Positions 42,841 to 54,838 of a stretch of 64,000 bases of DNA are shown in pieces. The DNA lies in NCBI RefSeq assembly GCF_009914755.1, contig NC_060932.1; one strand, written 5' to 3'. Under the pieces are notes generated by a model that saw nothing but the letters and a program-made list of their open reading frames with translations, did no database searches and was not told where the DNA came from. Made by a program: the position numbers and the translations under genes. The DNA is from the human T2T-CHM13v2.0 reference genome, Homo sapiens. The first letter of the stretch is position 1. Every line of letters begins with the position of its first letter.

Positions 42841-42902
<62 letters not shown>
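42841..42902. repeat. (TA)31 microsatellite
   Basis: Perfect dinucleotide run of 62 nt. Confidence 0.98.
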
Positions 42903-42908
<6 letters not shown>

Positions 42909-43110
42909 TACTTGAGTAGTAACAATTATTTACATATGTTCAAGATTTAAATTTTTATTTAATGATTATCATTAGAACATCATTATCACCATCATCATCA
43001 TAGTCATTGTTAACAACACTCTCAATTAGTTACTATTTTCCAGCTGCTTTACTAAGCATATTTTTTTACATATTTTTCCTCATTTAATATTTAGATGTCT
43101 ATAAAGATAG

Positions 43111-43798
43111 TGTGGCAGATACTGAAGGGAACTCAATATCTTTCCAATTTCCTTCTTTTTGATCTTTATATATTATGGTGGTTAGAAAGTGAAATATTCA
43201 AACTTATAATCTGTCCTGTAGCTAGGTTTGTGAATGTGACACAATTCTGACCAATGAGGAATAGGTGGACATCTCGGGGAGAGAATCTTTTCCCAAAGTC
43301 TTTCACGAGAGAATTTTTGCCCTTTGTCCTTCCCAATGTTTGCCTAAAACCTGATCTGATGCCTGAACATTCAGCAGACACTTTGAAAACATGAAGAACA
43401 ATGGATGCTAAGAATAGAGATGCAAGAAGAATCACTTGGGACATTAAATAGCTATTAGAAAATAGCTTCATCCAAAAGCAACCTCTTTCATGGTAAACAA
43501 TAAAAATACTAAGCAACTATGTTAATTTAAACAGAATTCTGCAGATTTGATCCCTTGAAAAATTCTCAAACCTTTGCCCTCCCCTCCATCTTTGCCATCT
43601 GGCCATTTATAAGCCTTTCAATTTGTCTTCTTGAAGCCCCAATTTCTTCCCCTTCTTGATGACCTAATTATCAACAATAACTTCACTTTTTGTTTCTCTA
43701 CCTCAGTATTTTTAGTTATGGGAGAAAAATAAAGCCCGTATTTAGTTAGACTGCTGTGGCTGGGACTTTCTTAGGCAACTAAACACAAAACTAATTCA
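43111..43798 (+). mobile_element. MLT1 (J/I-like) LTR interrupted by a local templated copy
   Basis: tgtggcaga start; atgtgacacaattctgaccaatgag; gagaaaaataaagccc...ctaattca end. Confidence 0.7.
43445..43660 (+). repeat. Diverged direct copy of 41553-41781
   Basis: Collinear blocks caaaagcaa, tggtaaacaa, atgttaatt, cagaatt, agatttga, cttgaa, tttataa, tcttcttgaagcc, tgat. Confidence 0.8.
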
Positions 43799-43962
43799 GG
43801 TTGATTCTGCTATCTCTGTTTTATAGATGATGAATGGAGGATCAGAGAGGTTTTGCAACTTGCTCAAAGTTGCATAGGCTGTAAGCATGTTTTGCAGGAT
43901 TCAAATTCACCCTATCAGAACCAAAGCTAATATTTACATTATGCAATTAAAATTTTTTCCTA

Positions 43963-44015
43963 TTAGGTGGAACCATTTAGAAATATCAATGGCAGTTTCA
44001 TATGATTCATCCTAA
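43963..44015. mobile_element. MADE2-like mariner MITE
   Basis: Imperfect palindrome ttaggtggaaccat...tttcatatgattcatcctaa, preceded by TA. Confidence 0.65.
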
Positions 44016-44054
44016 TTGGTTGAGTAATATAATAATAACATATGTTGTGAGTAT

Positions 44055-44079
44055 ACACACACACACACACACACACACA
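44055..44079. repeat. (CA)n microsatellite
   Basis: About 12 units. Confidence 0.95.
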
Positions 44080-45229
44080 AGAATTCTAATATTGCATCTT
44101 TATGTTTCTTGGTCAATCCATAAAATTCAGATTTAATTAATTCAGGTGGTGAATATGGAAATTCTGTAATTACTGGATTAATGAAATTACTATTTCCAAA
44201 GCTAATAATTTTTAGTATATAAACATAGCTTTAATGCTATGTTTATACAGCACTCAGCAAATGCTCCAAAGTGTTCATTGAATAAAGAATATTTTGAATT
44301 GTTTAATGTCCTTTGCAGGTGACTTTTGCTTTGAACAATACGTTTTGAAGGAAGAAAATTATTACTTATAATATAGTTATTGATCTGATGCTTAGTTATG
44401 TTATTCTTTGGAAACAAATTTCTGGTTTTACCATGGGTATTCTTTCTCACTTGGTCTGATAAACTCTTATTCTTATTTTAAAATATGGCTCAGATCATCC
44501 ACATTGTAAAGATTTCATAATATCTTCCTTGGTATTATAACACCTGTTTACCTTGTACACAGCTTATTGCATTAATTACAATCTCTTATGTTTATTTTTC
44601 TTACTAATTTATGAGCTTTTTAAAGAAAATAATCTTATATTTATCTTTATATCCCAAGGACTTGATGGCAATTGAAAATATTCAATGAATGAAATGTATT
44701 TTTCTGATTCAAAATTATTTAATATCAACTGTACATTTTATAACTATAGATTTATCTGAAAACATATGCTTTAAACTTTCCAAATGAAACTTATGACTTA
44801 ATTGTTGGGGAATATAGGTAAGGCACTCACTGGAAAGAAAATATAGTAAGTTAAAGTTAAATTTTGAAGAAATATTTGAATGTGTGGAGATACATAAAAT
44901 AATTCAAAGAGGAAGAAATGGAGAAGTGGGCGGTAGCAGATGTCTGTGGCTATAATGGACATCCAGACAAAGTTCCTCTGTGATTTCAATGACATTTCAT
45001 CATCGTTGTGTGAAAGCAATGAGATCTATATAAAAGACAGCTGAAGGCTGGTGCACGAGCATGAATAAAAGGAAGAGCGTGATGGTTGTGAATGTGGTTA
45101 AGTTTTGATATGCTTTAAAAAGTTCTGCTTTGTTGCAACATTTTTTAGTATGAAGTCACCGTTGTTGGAATTAGGAGACAAATCTAAGATTATATAACTC
45201 TTTATGTGACAGAAATATGAGATTTCTGG

Positions 45230-45715
45230 TGTTGGGTAAGGCAGTCCACCATGGGCCCTGATCATTTCTAAATGTTCTTGCTGAGTATCCCAGATCTCAA
45301 GGCTTATCCATCTCCTAATACCAAACCATCCTTGCAGCTGGTCACATAGACAGCAAAGTACACTGAGGTAACTATAGCACAGCTTCAGCATAACTGATTG
45401 CTCCCTGGGAGTAGAGTATTGTCTTGTATGCTGATTGCTACAGTGTTTGTCAGTCACTCACAATGTGTTAGGGCCCTTGGCTTCTTTCCTGTGATGCAAC
45501 CCACTGTGTGCTGCTGTCATGTAGACTTTCACATTACCTTTTGGGAACTTGGGTAAAGATGCTGATGTTCATGGTGCTTGTTGTGCTGTGAGTAATAAAG
45601 CCCTTTTCCTTGACCCCAGAATCTATTGCCTTCTCTCTGGATCCATGAAACTCTGGCAAGCTAAATTGTTAGACTGCCAATCGAGTAAAATTTCTGACCC
45701 TTCCCAGTTTTTGAA
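45230..45715 (+). mobile_element. LTR40-family ERVL solo LTR
   Basis: tgttgggtaaggcagtccaccatgggccctg...gatgcaacccactgtgtg...gtgagtaataaag...gtaaaatttctgacccttc. Confidence 0.75.
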
Positions 45716-47792
45716 AATGGATGTTTCTTTCATAAAATCCATGCTTATTGGATAAATGAAATTTTATATCAGATTGAGTGGTATACAAGGGATCATCTGA
45801 ACATAAATATTGAAAATATTTATAGAATATTTTCTATTCTAGAAAAATAAAAGCTAACATGGAAAATATTGGAACATCTTGAGTTAAAGTGGCTCTCATG
45901 TTCTGATCAGTTTGTAAATTTATTTTTTTCACACTTAATGAACATATTTTTATATTTATGTTAAGTAGACTTTTGGGCTGGGTAGGTTATTTTAAAGCAC
46001 TGGATTTCAGATACTATTGCTAGATATAATGGGTAAAAGGCAGCTGATACCAGAGAAAGATTGAATGCTTACTGGAGCTTTCAGGAAATTTCACTCATAC
46101 ATACATAAAAGTTAATAAAGAGTTCTATTGAAAAAGCAACATTGGGTTGAAGAATGGCAAGTGAGTAATGCAATGAAAGTAAAGTGCTTTTATAAATAGT
46201 TGGAGACATGGTTATACATATAAAATAGACAGTCAATAGTTCTGTTAGCACTGTATTCCAGGGCAGTCAAGTGAATAATGAAACAGCAGTAAGATACTCT
46301 TTTAGACACGGGGAGACATGGTTAGTTGCAGAAGTAATTGTGTTGTAATCATTGCTGACTTTTGAGTTTTAAAGAATCTTTTCAAATGCTGCATCAAATG
46401 TTGTAGTGTAAAGAAACATGGAAAAATAAGCACACAATATTGGAAACTGCTGCCAAACAAAAAACAAAAAGAGTGAAAAATAATGGGAATTGTGAATTGG
46501 GGAGCATGAGAAACACGAAAGTGTTAATGATTTAAGCCTGCTAACATGCATGAAAAAAGATGCCATAAAGATGTGTTCATTAATTCAGAAACTTTCACAA
46601 CCATGAGAAGAGAGATTCCAAAGTGGGCAGACCTGCATATAAACATTTAACAATCTAGAAGCAATAACTATCTAGGGAGGTTGAATTTTAATTGAATGCC
46701 TAGAGGCAATCTAAAATTATGTAAGTGAATCTAAATTTAAAAAAGAAATAATCAGTTACAATTACAAATGTAATTATAGAGAATCAGATTATTTCTATAG
46801 TGATATAATTAAATAAATGCTGTGTCCTTTGGTCTGTGGTTCATTTGTTCAATAATTGAGCTGCTACAACATACTACCCACTGTTTCTGTTCTTTAGGAG
46901 TTCATATTTCAGTGAGGAAGGAAATACGTGAACAACTGCCTCCAATATGTCGGATTTAATTAACTACTTTAATAAAGATACTAAGTTGCTTTGAGACTAA
47001 TTTCTGAGTAAAGCAATCACAGAGGACTTTGTGGAGGAACTAATATTAATGCTAAGACTTGAAAAGTCCATCAAAGTTTCAGAGACAAAGGAATTGGAAA
47101 GGCCATGAACCCAGGCATGAAGGTGTCAATGTGCTGGGCATGTCTGGGGAAGGCTTAGTGGTCTGGAATGTCGGTGGAGTCTTGGATTTTGTTCTGTTAG
47201 CCAATTTTAAAATCTCTTTTATTTCTCTTAAGAGATTGGCATGAAGTTTCAGTTATGCAAGATGAATACATTCTAGAGAGTTGCTATACAACATGATGCC
47301 TATAGGTAACAATACTATATTATGTAGTTAAAAATTTGTTGAAAGAATAGATATCTGTCCTCTTCTGTCATTTATATATATTTTTTATCATCTTTGCTTA
47401 CCTTCTATATCTGTCCTTTTCTCTTAAACCTTTCTATCCTTCTTCATTTCTTTTTAAAAACATTTCCTGTTTTCAGTTGCTTAATTTTCCTTAATCATTG
47501 TCTATTGTGTTTATTCACTCTTGTTTTTCTTTTGATTCCATTTATAAAACAAGATTTTTTCTCATTATTCTAATTCTGTCACTCCTCTTTTCAGATCTTC
47601 CTTTTCTACAATTACTGCATTTCTGTTTTTATAATTCTGATTTATGTTGTTCTTTGTAGCTCATAACATTTAAAAATTGTTTCTAGCTTGTTTTGAAATA
47701 TTAGATTGTTTTTTCTGTCTCGTTTTGTGGACATGTGCTTTGGAAATGCTTTTAGTGTAGAGATGTTATTCTATTCCTTCTCTCTCTCTCTC

Positions 47793-48396
47793 TTTTTCAG
47801 CATCCAAAAATCTTTTAAATAAGATGTTAGGACCAAGGTTAGTTTTCCGGCCCTTGGAGCAGACAAAGGGTTTGCTGTGGTGGTTCAGGGCTGCTGGGGC
47901 CTTGCAGAAATGTCCTCACACCTCTAGGCCCTTGTAAGGATCAGAGAACAAGATGGTGCTACAGCCAGTCGGGGAGTCTAGGGCCAGCTGTTCCAAGGTG
48001 AAGATCTTGTCTGTAGCCTTGAGGATGTGGTTGTGGCCTGGCTGCTGACATGCAGCAATGTACTCACCCTCAGTTTGGGCACCTCCTGGACCTGCAGGTC
48101 ACCTGTTATGGTTCCCACAACCACATTTGTTTTGTTTTCCTGGTGAGGAAGTTTTATCTTTTGGATCATCTGGGAAAGAAACAAGGGTGGCCAGTTGGTA
48201 TGAGTCATAAACGACCTCTGCCGCACAACCTGGTTGAAGGTGGAGTTGGTTCCTCTGTGCAGAACCTGTGAAGCTGAACTAACAGCCTTAGGTGGATGTC
48301 CTGGCTCTTGGGTTCCTTGCACTGAACCTTTCTGTGCTTGTTGTGGGGGATGTCAACTCCCACAATGGCACCTCATGCTCAGCCATGTCTAGAAAA
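47793..48396 (-). pseudogene. RPL18P: Processed pseudogene of ribosomal protein L18 (eL18)
   Basis: Intronless; translation TNSTFNQVV...[23 protein letters not shown] matches RPL18; pyrimidine-rich 5'UTR remnant; start ATG changed to GTG (48363-48361); frameshifts; stop at 47841-47839; 3'UTR and short A tail. Confidence 0.95.
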
Positions 48397-48716
48397 CCTT
48401 ATCTTTTTCAAAAAAATAATGGTTTCAAGTGGGATCTGATTACACTCTTTTTTTTTTTTTACATATTTTAAAAAATGAGATGCATCTTTCTGTTCTTTTA
48501 GAAGAGCAGGGTCACCAGCAAACCATTTTTAGCCCCCATGCACTAGAACTCCCCCTTCTGTCATTTTCGCCAAGTGATTAAAAATGCTTCCCTTTCTGCT
48601 CCCCTTCTCCAATTTTATCTAAATCTTCTTTCCTTTGTCTCTCTAATTTGAATTCTGCTTCCAGGAATTTCTTCCCTAGGGCTTTGTTTTTGAAAAGTGT
48701 TTTAGTTTGCTATTTT

Positions 48717-49288
48717 CTTTTGTTTTTATTATTATACTTTAAGTTCTAGGGTACATGTGCACAATGTGCAGATTTGTTACATATGTATACATGTGCCATG
48801 TTGGTGTGGTGCACTTGTTAACTCGTCATTTACATTAGGTATATCTCCTAATGCTATCCCTCCCTCCTCCCCCCACCCCACAACAGGCCCCGGTATGTGA
48901 TGTTCCCCACCCTGTGTCCAAGTGTTCTCACTGTTCAATTCCCACCTATGAGTGGAAACCATGTGGTGTTTGGTTTTCTGTCCTTGCAATAGTTTGCTGA
49001 GAATGATGGTTTCCAGCTTCATCCATGTCCCTACAAAGGACATGAACTCATCATTTTTTATGGCTGCATAGTATTCCATGGTGTATATGTGCCACATTTT
49101 CTTAATCCAGTCTATCATTGTTGGACATTTGGGTTGGTTCCAAGTCTTCGCTATTGTGAATAGTGCCACAATAAACATACGTGTGCATGTGTCTTTATAG
49201 AAGCATGATTTATAATCCTTTGGGTATATACCCAGTAATGGGATGGCTGGGTCAAATGTGTGGTGATTCCTCAAGGATCTAGAACTAG
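48717..49288 (-). mobile_element. 5'-truncated, 5'-inverted L1 (L1PA5-like)
   Basis: Minus-strand 3' end at 48717-49258; plus-strand segment at 49258-49288; TSD TAGTTTGCTATTTT at 48703-48716 and 49286-49299. Confidence 0.93.
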
Positions 49289-49495
49289 TTTGCTATTTTA
49301 AAGAGTTCCTTTAGCCCAGACTGTTCTGGCACCATCAGATAGCATCACAATTTGTTTGTTTGTTTTTGGCAGAGCTGGTGTTCTTTGTGGGTTTCTTCCT
49401 TCCTTCCTTTCTTTCTTTCACTCTTGTATCGGATCTTCCAAAACCTCCTCCTAGCTTTGGTTGCCATTCCAGTGAGGATGCACTGCTTCTTGAGT

Positions 49496-49597
49496 ATTCT
49501 TCTATTACAGGATCTTTAAAAATTCTTCTATTACAGGATTCTTCTATTACAGGATCATTAAATTCTTCTTATTCTTCTATTACAGGATCATTAAAAA
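49496..49597. repeat. Irregular array of 4 copies of ATTCTTCTATTACAGGAT
   Basis: Exact copies start at 49496, 49522, 49538 and 49571. Confidence 0.92.
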
Positions 49598-50893
49598 TTT
49601 TTACTGTCCGTCTCCTTTCCCTTTATATGTATACTCTGCCCTTCACCCCACCACAACATTGCTGTTGTCATGCTATCATGATTTTATAGTTGTTGGATGC
49701 TGGTGAAACCTTGTCATCTAGTTCTCTTGTAGATGTTGTATCTGATGCTTTTATTTTGCTATCCTAGTTACTCTGTCTGAGACATGCCTTTCTCTTGTGG
49801 CCAAAGTCAGGAAAAAGAGATGCCAATCCAAACTATGCAATTATATTTAAATTACACCTGCTCCTATTCCATTAACTAGCATATTGTATGGTGAAACCCA
49901 ACTTCACAGACGCAGAGGAGGACACTTTTCCTTATCATGGGGCAAGGAAATATTCATATTTGTGAGCAATAATACAAACTACTACAGTTCTTATATGTAT
50001 TCTGTTAAATTCTTGGTCCTATGCTCCCCCGAAAGAGGGTTGAGCACCTATTATTGCAGTAACCACATGGAAAGGGAAGAGAGTAAGAGAAAAGCACCTT
50101 TAATTAATTCAAAAGGATAAGGTGCAGAAAATTAAAAAAACTGAGCCATTTGAGATAAGGAATTTTAATGTCTTCACACAGTATTCAATTCTAGGAATAG
50201 ACTAAGGTGAAACAAATTACTGTGAACATGCTTCTCATTGCAAAGATTTAGAAATACAAAAATACTTTATATGTACATTATTTAGTAGGGAAGAAATGTA
50301 GCTCCTTGGCATTAGACAAGAATTGGGAGTTGAAAGCCAATGTGGTAGACTTGAGAAGGTGATACTGTGGCAGTCCTGTACATTTAGAGAATCGAGAAAT
50401 AGGCCCTTTGTGTTAAGGGGCTTGGGAGTTTAACATTCACAAAAAGGCAGAAAAAAAGACCTCAGCCCATCATGAGAGACAGTTAGAATTAGGACACTTA
50501 ATATATGTACCCTAAGAAGCTGGCTCAGTGCTCTCTGGAGAAGAGGACTGTGAAAACTTCCATCCACCACCATGGAAAGCATGAACCTTATTTCTTCTGA
50601 TACCTTAGATGAGAAAAAAAAGTCTTCTGTAAGCGATACAAACTCCAAGCTAGCAATGAGCAAGGGATTATATCTGAATTTACAATACACAAGTTGCAAA
50701 TAAATCTCTAAACTGAAACTTTAACATAAAACTGATCCAAGCTTGGTGACATCCCTGGGGCCCAAAGCAGTAAGAAACAAACAGTGAACCTCTCAAGAAA
50801 GACATTTCTAGAAATAAAGCTATGTAGAATTCTTATTAGGAGTAACAATCCCTTGCATAAGATCTGTCTCTCTCTCTCCCCTGCCTCCCTCTG

Positions 50894-50895
<2 letters not shown>

Positions 50896-50931
<36 letters not shown>
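50896..50931. repeat. (CA)n microsatellite flanked by CT-rich and A-rich runs
   Basis: About 18 CA units. Confidence 0.95.
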
Positions 50932-50936
<5 letters not shown>

Positions 50937-52024
50937 AAAAAGAAAGACCGTACAATGATATAACTCACCTTGAATGTAGCCTGCAGACATAACAAGGAGG
51001 GTAATTCTCTTAAGAACTTGAGATAATGGATAAACTGAAAGAGAAGATTTTAAAAAACTAAAACCATAGTTATCCCCTACCTAACAAGAATAGTCTGAAA
51101 ATACTGAAAAGCAGGTATTCCTCCAAAAAGAGAGAAAGAAAACTAGAAACTGATTTTCCCATTATTTAAAATGGAAAAAATAATAACGTATAATGTATTA
51201 CATGTTATTCCCAAACACCCAATTTCCTAAAATGTAGCTAAAATACTGTAAAACTTTTACATATGAGTTAAAAAAAACCTACTATGTATGTTAGTATGTA
51301 AAATGTTTAAAGCATTACATTGCTTATTGATTATAAAACAATGTCATCTTTAATCCTGTTTTATATACAGTGACATGGATGGTTTGCATGCTGTACTGTA
51401 AACACTGTGTTTGCATTATGACACAACAATAACAGAATGATAAGTAAATATGTCAGAAAAATGCAGACAGTTTACAATAAAAGCCACAACATTTTTCTGT
51501 AATTAGCTATTGTTACTCAACAAGAGGAGTTAAAACCTGAAGCTTGAAGAGAGTAGAGAAGGGAATTGGGAAAGGCCATTGAAGTGATCACCGCAACCAA
51601 TCGCAAAAGTTGATGGTGCACACAAAGTGAATGATAAAGGAGTGATTTCAGGTAGAATATCAGGTTCAGAGAAATATAAGTTAACCATTTGGTCCAGGTT
51701 CTAAACGAGGAAGCTCTGAAAAATCTTCAAGAAAGATGACAGGGTTCATGATTCAGGATAATGACTCTTATAATTTAGAGCTCTGCTTACATGCCCATTG
51801 TTTGTGTTGGTAAATATGTCTTCTATCTCCTAGTACCAGCAACATCCAAGACATGCATTCTTTTTGTAGGATGCTCAGCAAGATTTTTCAAAACAGCTGA
51901 TGCTAACTTTTAACATTTTAACAATTACTATAGCTTGAGACTTTTCTCCAAATGTTACTTTGTAAAAAAAAAAAGAATTGTTGTATTGAGGTTTAAAAGC
52001 ATAAATATAAAATTTTTCTATATA

Positions 52025-52167
52025 AGCTAGGTATAGTGGCTCATGTCTGTAATTTAAGTGCTTTAGGAGGCTGTGGCAGGAGGGTCACTTGAGGCCAGGA
52101 GTTCAAGAGCAGTCTGGGCAACATAGTGAGACCCTGTCACTACCGAAAAAAAAAAACAACAAAAAAA
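52025..52167 (+). mobile_element. Alu left monomer (FLAM_C/AluJ-like)
   Basis: Single arm ending gagaccctgtcactac plus A tail. Confidence 0.85.
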
Positions 52168-52428
52168 TCCCCTGTAGACATCAGCCAAAACATATTGCCT
52201 TGAGCACTGAGACAGGTATATTCTATGAAGTTTGAAAATAAAAATCATGATGCATACTAACAGAAAAATGTGCTGTGAGGTATGTCTGTTTAATATTATT
52301 AAATAGATGAGAAGAATATAATCCATAAGGAAATAATAAAATAAGAAAAGAAAGACTATGAGCAAAAGACCAAAATAAAACTTTTAAAAATAGAGTACAG
52401 AAGCATTGAAATAAAAACCTCAATGGAT

Positions 52429-52721
52429 GGCCGGCCATGGTGGCTCATGCCTGTAATCCCAGCACGTGGGGGGGCTGAGGTGGGTGGATCACAAGGTCAG
52501 GAGTTCGAGACCAGCCTGGACAACATAGTGAAAACGCTGTTTCTACTAAAAATACAAAAATTAGCCGGGTGTGGTGACATGTGCCCCAGCTACTCAGAAG
52601 GCTGAGGCGGGAGAATCACTTGAAGCCAGGAGGCAGATGTTGCAGTGAGCCAAGACCACGTCATTGCACTCCAGCCTGGGTGACAGAGTGAGACTCCGTC
52701 TCAGAAAACAAACAAACAAAC
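52429..52721 (+). mobile_element. AluSg-like
   Basis: Dimer with (CAAA)n tail; TSD aaaaacctcaatggat / aaaaactttaatggat. Confidence 0.93.
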
Positions 52722-52864
52722 AAAAACTTTAATGGATGAGTTAAAGTGGATATTGGGAATAGCAGAAGAGATAATTAGAAAACTGAAAGCTATATCTAAT
52801 GAAATTACTTAGAATGATCGCAAAGAGTAAATTAGATGAAAATTATTTTTTAAAGAGATAGATA

Positions 52865-54230
52865 TTTAACTGAAGTGCCAGGAAAACTCAGTGGAGGAAA
52901 TGAAAATCTCTTCAATAAATTATGCTGAGACAACTGGATATCACATACAAAAGAATAAAATTAGACCCCATCTCACATCATTACATAAATCAAGTGGAAA
53001 TGAATTAAAGACTTAAACATAGGATCTGAAACTATAAAATTATGTCAAAAAAAGCTCCATGACACTGGTCTGAGCAATGGTTTCTTGGATATGACCCCCA
53101 AAGCACGGCCAAGAAGAGCAAAAATAGACAAATTGAATTAGGTCAAATTTAGTAAGCTTCTGCACAGCCAAAGAAACAATCAATGAAATTAAGAGACAAC
53201 TTATGGAATGGTAGAAAATATTTGGAAATCATATATTGGATAAGGAATTAATATCCAAAATACATAAGGTAATCAAACAACTCAACAGCAAGATAACCTG
53301 ATTCAAAAATGAGCAACGAACTTGAATATACAGTTCTCAAAAGAAGACATGCAGATGGCTAAACAAGTATATGAAAAAATGCTCAACATTACTAATCATC
53401 AGAGAAATGCTAATTAAAATCACAATGGGATGCCACCTCACTCCTGCTTGAATGGTTTCTGTGAAAATAAAAGATAAATGCTGGCGAGGATGTGGAGAAA
53501 AGAGAACACTTGCACATTGTTGGTAGGAATGTAAATTAGTACAGCCGTTATAGAAAATAGTATGGAGGTTCTTTAAAAAATTAAAAATAGAACCACCACA
53601 TTATCCAGTATATATTGTAAGTAAATGAAATCAGTATATAAAAGAGACATCTGCACTCCCATGTTTATTCCAGCACTAGACACAGTAGCCAAGATATGAA
53701 ATCAACCTAAGTGTTCATCAACAGATAAATGTATAAATAAAATATAGTATATATATACAATGGAATGTGATTCAGCCACAAAAAAAGAAAGAAATCTTGT
53801 TATTTGTGACAACATGACATTATGTTTGGTGAAATAAGCCAGGTACAGAAAAATATTGCATGATCTCACTTATATGTAGGATCTAAAAAAATTGAACTCA
53901 CAGAAGTAAAGAGTAGAATGGTGGTTACCAGGAACCAGAGATGAGCGTGAAGTTGGGGAGGTTTTGGTCAAAGAATACAAAATTGTAGTTAGGTGGAATA
54001 AATTCAAGAGATCTATTGTACAATGTGATGACTATAGTTAATAACATTGTATTGTATTCTTGAAAATGCTAAAGGAGTAGATTTTAAGTGTTCTCATCAC
54101 AAAAAATGTAAGTATGTGAGGTAAGGAATATGTTAATTAGCTAGAGTAGGCATTCCACAATGTATACATATTTTAAAATATGTTGTACACAACAAATATG
54201 TGCAATATTTTTAGTCAATTAAAAATTTTA
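52865..54230 (+). mobile_element. L1MA (L1MA5-7-like) ORF2 end and 3'UTR
   Basis: cttctgcacagccaaagaaacaatcaa; ttcaagagatctattgtacaa...aagtgttctcatcac. Confidence 0.85.
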
Positions 54231-54537
54231 ATACAAAGAATAGAATTAGAAAGTTTCAGAGAAGACAATTGGCACACTAAAACTTGAAAGAAAACAGAAA
54301 AATCTTAAAATCCTTAAGAGATGAATCCCACCTCCAAAGTAAGAGTCATTAGGTGAAAAGCAAATTTTAAACAATAGAAATAAGATAATAGTAAAATAAT
54401 ATCTTGAAGAAGTGGAGAGAATGTAGCTACAAAATTATAGTTCTTTACTAGCTAAACAAAAATTTAAGATTGATGGTGAAATAGTTTTTTATCTACTAAA
54501 TAAATACTTCTTTCATGAATAAGAAAACGACCTCAAT

Positions 54538-54838
54538 GGCCGGGCACTGTGGCTCACTCCTGTAATCCCAGAACTTTGGGAGGTGGAGGTGGGTAAATCA
54601 CTTGAAGTCAGGAGTTCGAGACCAGCCTGGCCAACCTGGTGAAACCCCATCTCTAATAAGAATTCAAAAATTAGCTGGGCTTGGTGGTGGGTGCCTGTAA
54701 TCCCATCTACTCAGGAGGCTGAGGCAGGAAAATTGCTTGAACCTGAGAGGCGGAGGTTGCAGTGAGCTGAGATCTCACCACTGCACTGCAGCCTGGGCAA
54801 CAGAGTGAGACTCCATTTAAAAAAAAAAAAAAGAAGAG
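54538..54838 (+). mobile_element. AluS
   Basis: Full dimer; near-TSD aagaaaacgacctcaa / aagaaaactggacctcaa. Confidence 0.93.

Larger units (their letters stand above)
50400..52860 (+). mobile_element. Old L1ME-like 5'/ORF1 region, interrupted by an unrecognised insert and an Alu
   Basis: aagaacttgagataatgg...gaaagag (51012-51050) is collinear with tgtttaatattattaaa...cattgaaataaaaacctcaatggatg (52285-52428) and agcagaagagataattag (52761). Confidence 0.6.

Noticed and set aside
42710-42925. (YI)n ORF
   Set aside because: Translation of the (TA)n microsatellite.
45020-45075. TATA box (ctatataaaag) followed by AATAAA
   Set aside because: Could be an old LTR remnant or chance; no termini or other support found.
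49496-49597. CRISPR-like repeat/spacer array
   Set aside because: Primate DNA, no cas genes, and the spacers are 0-15 nt and derived from the repeat itself.
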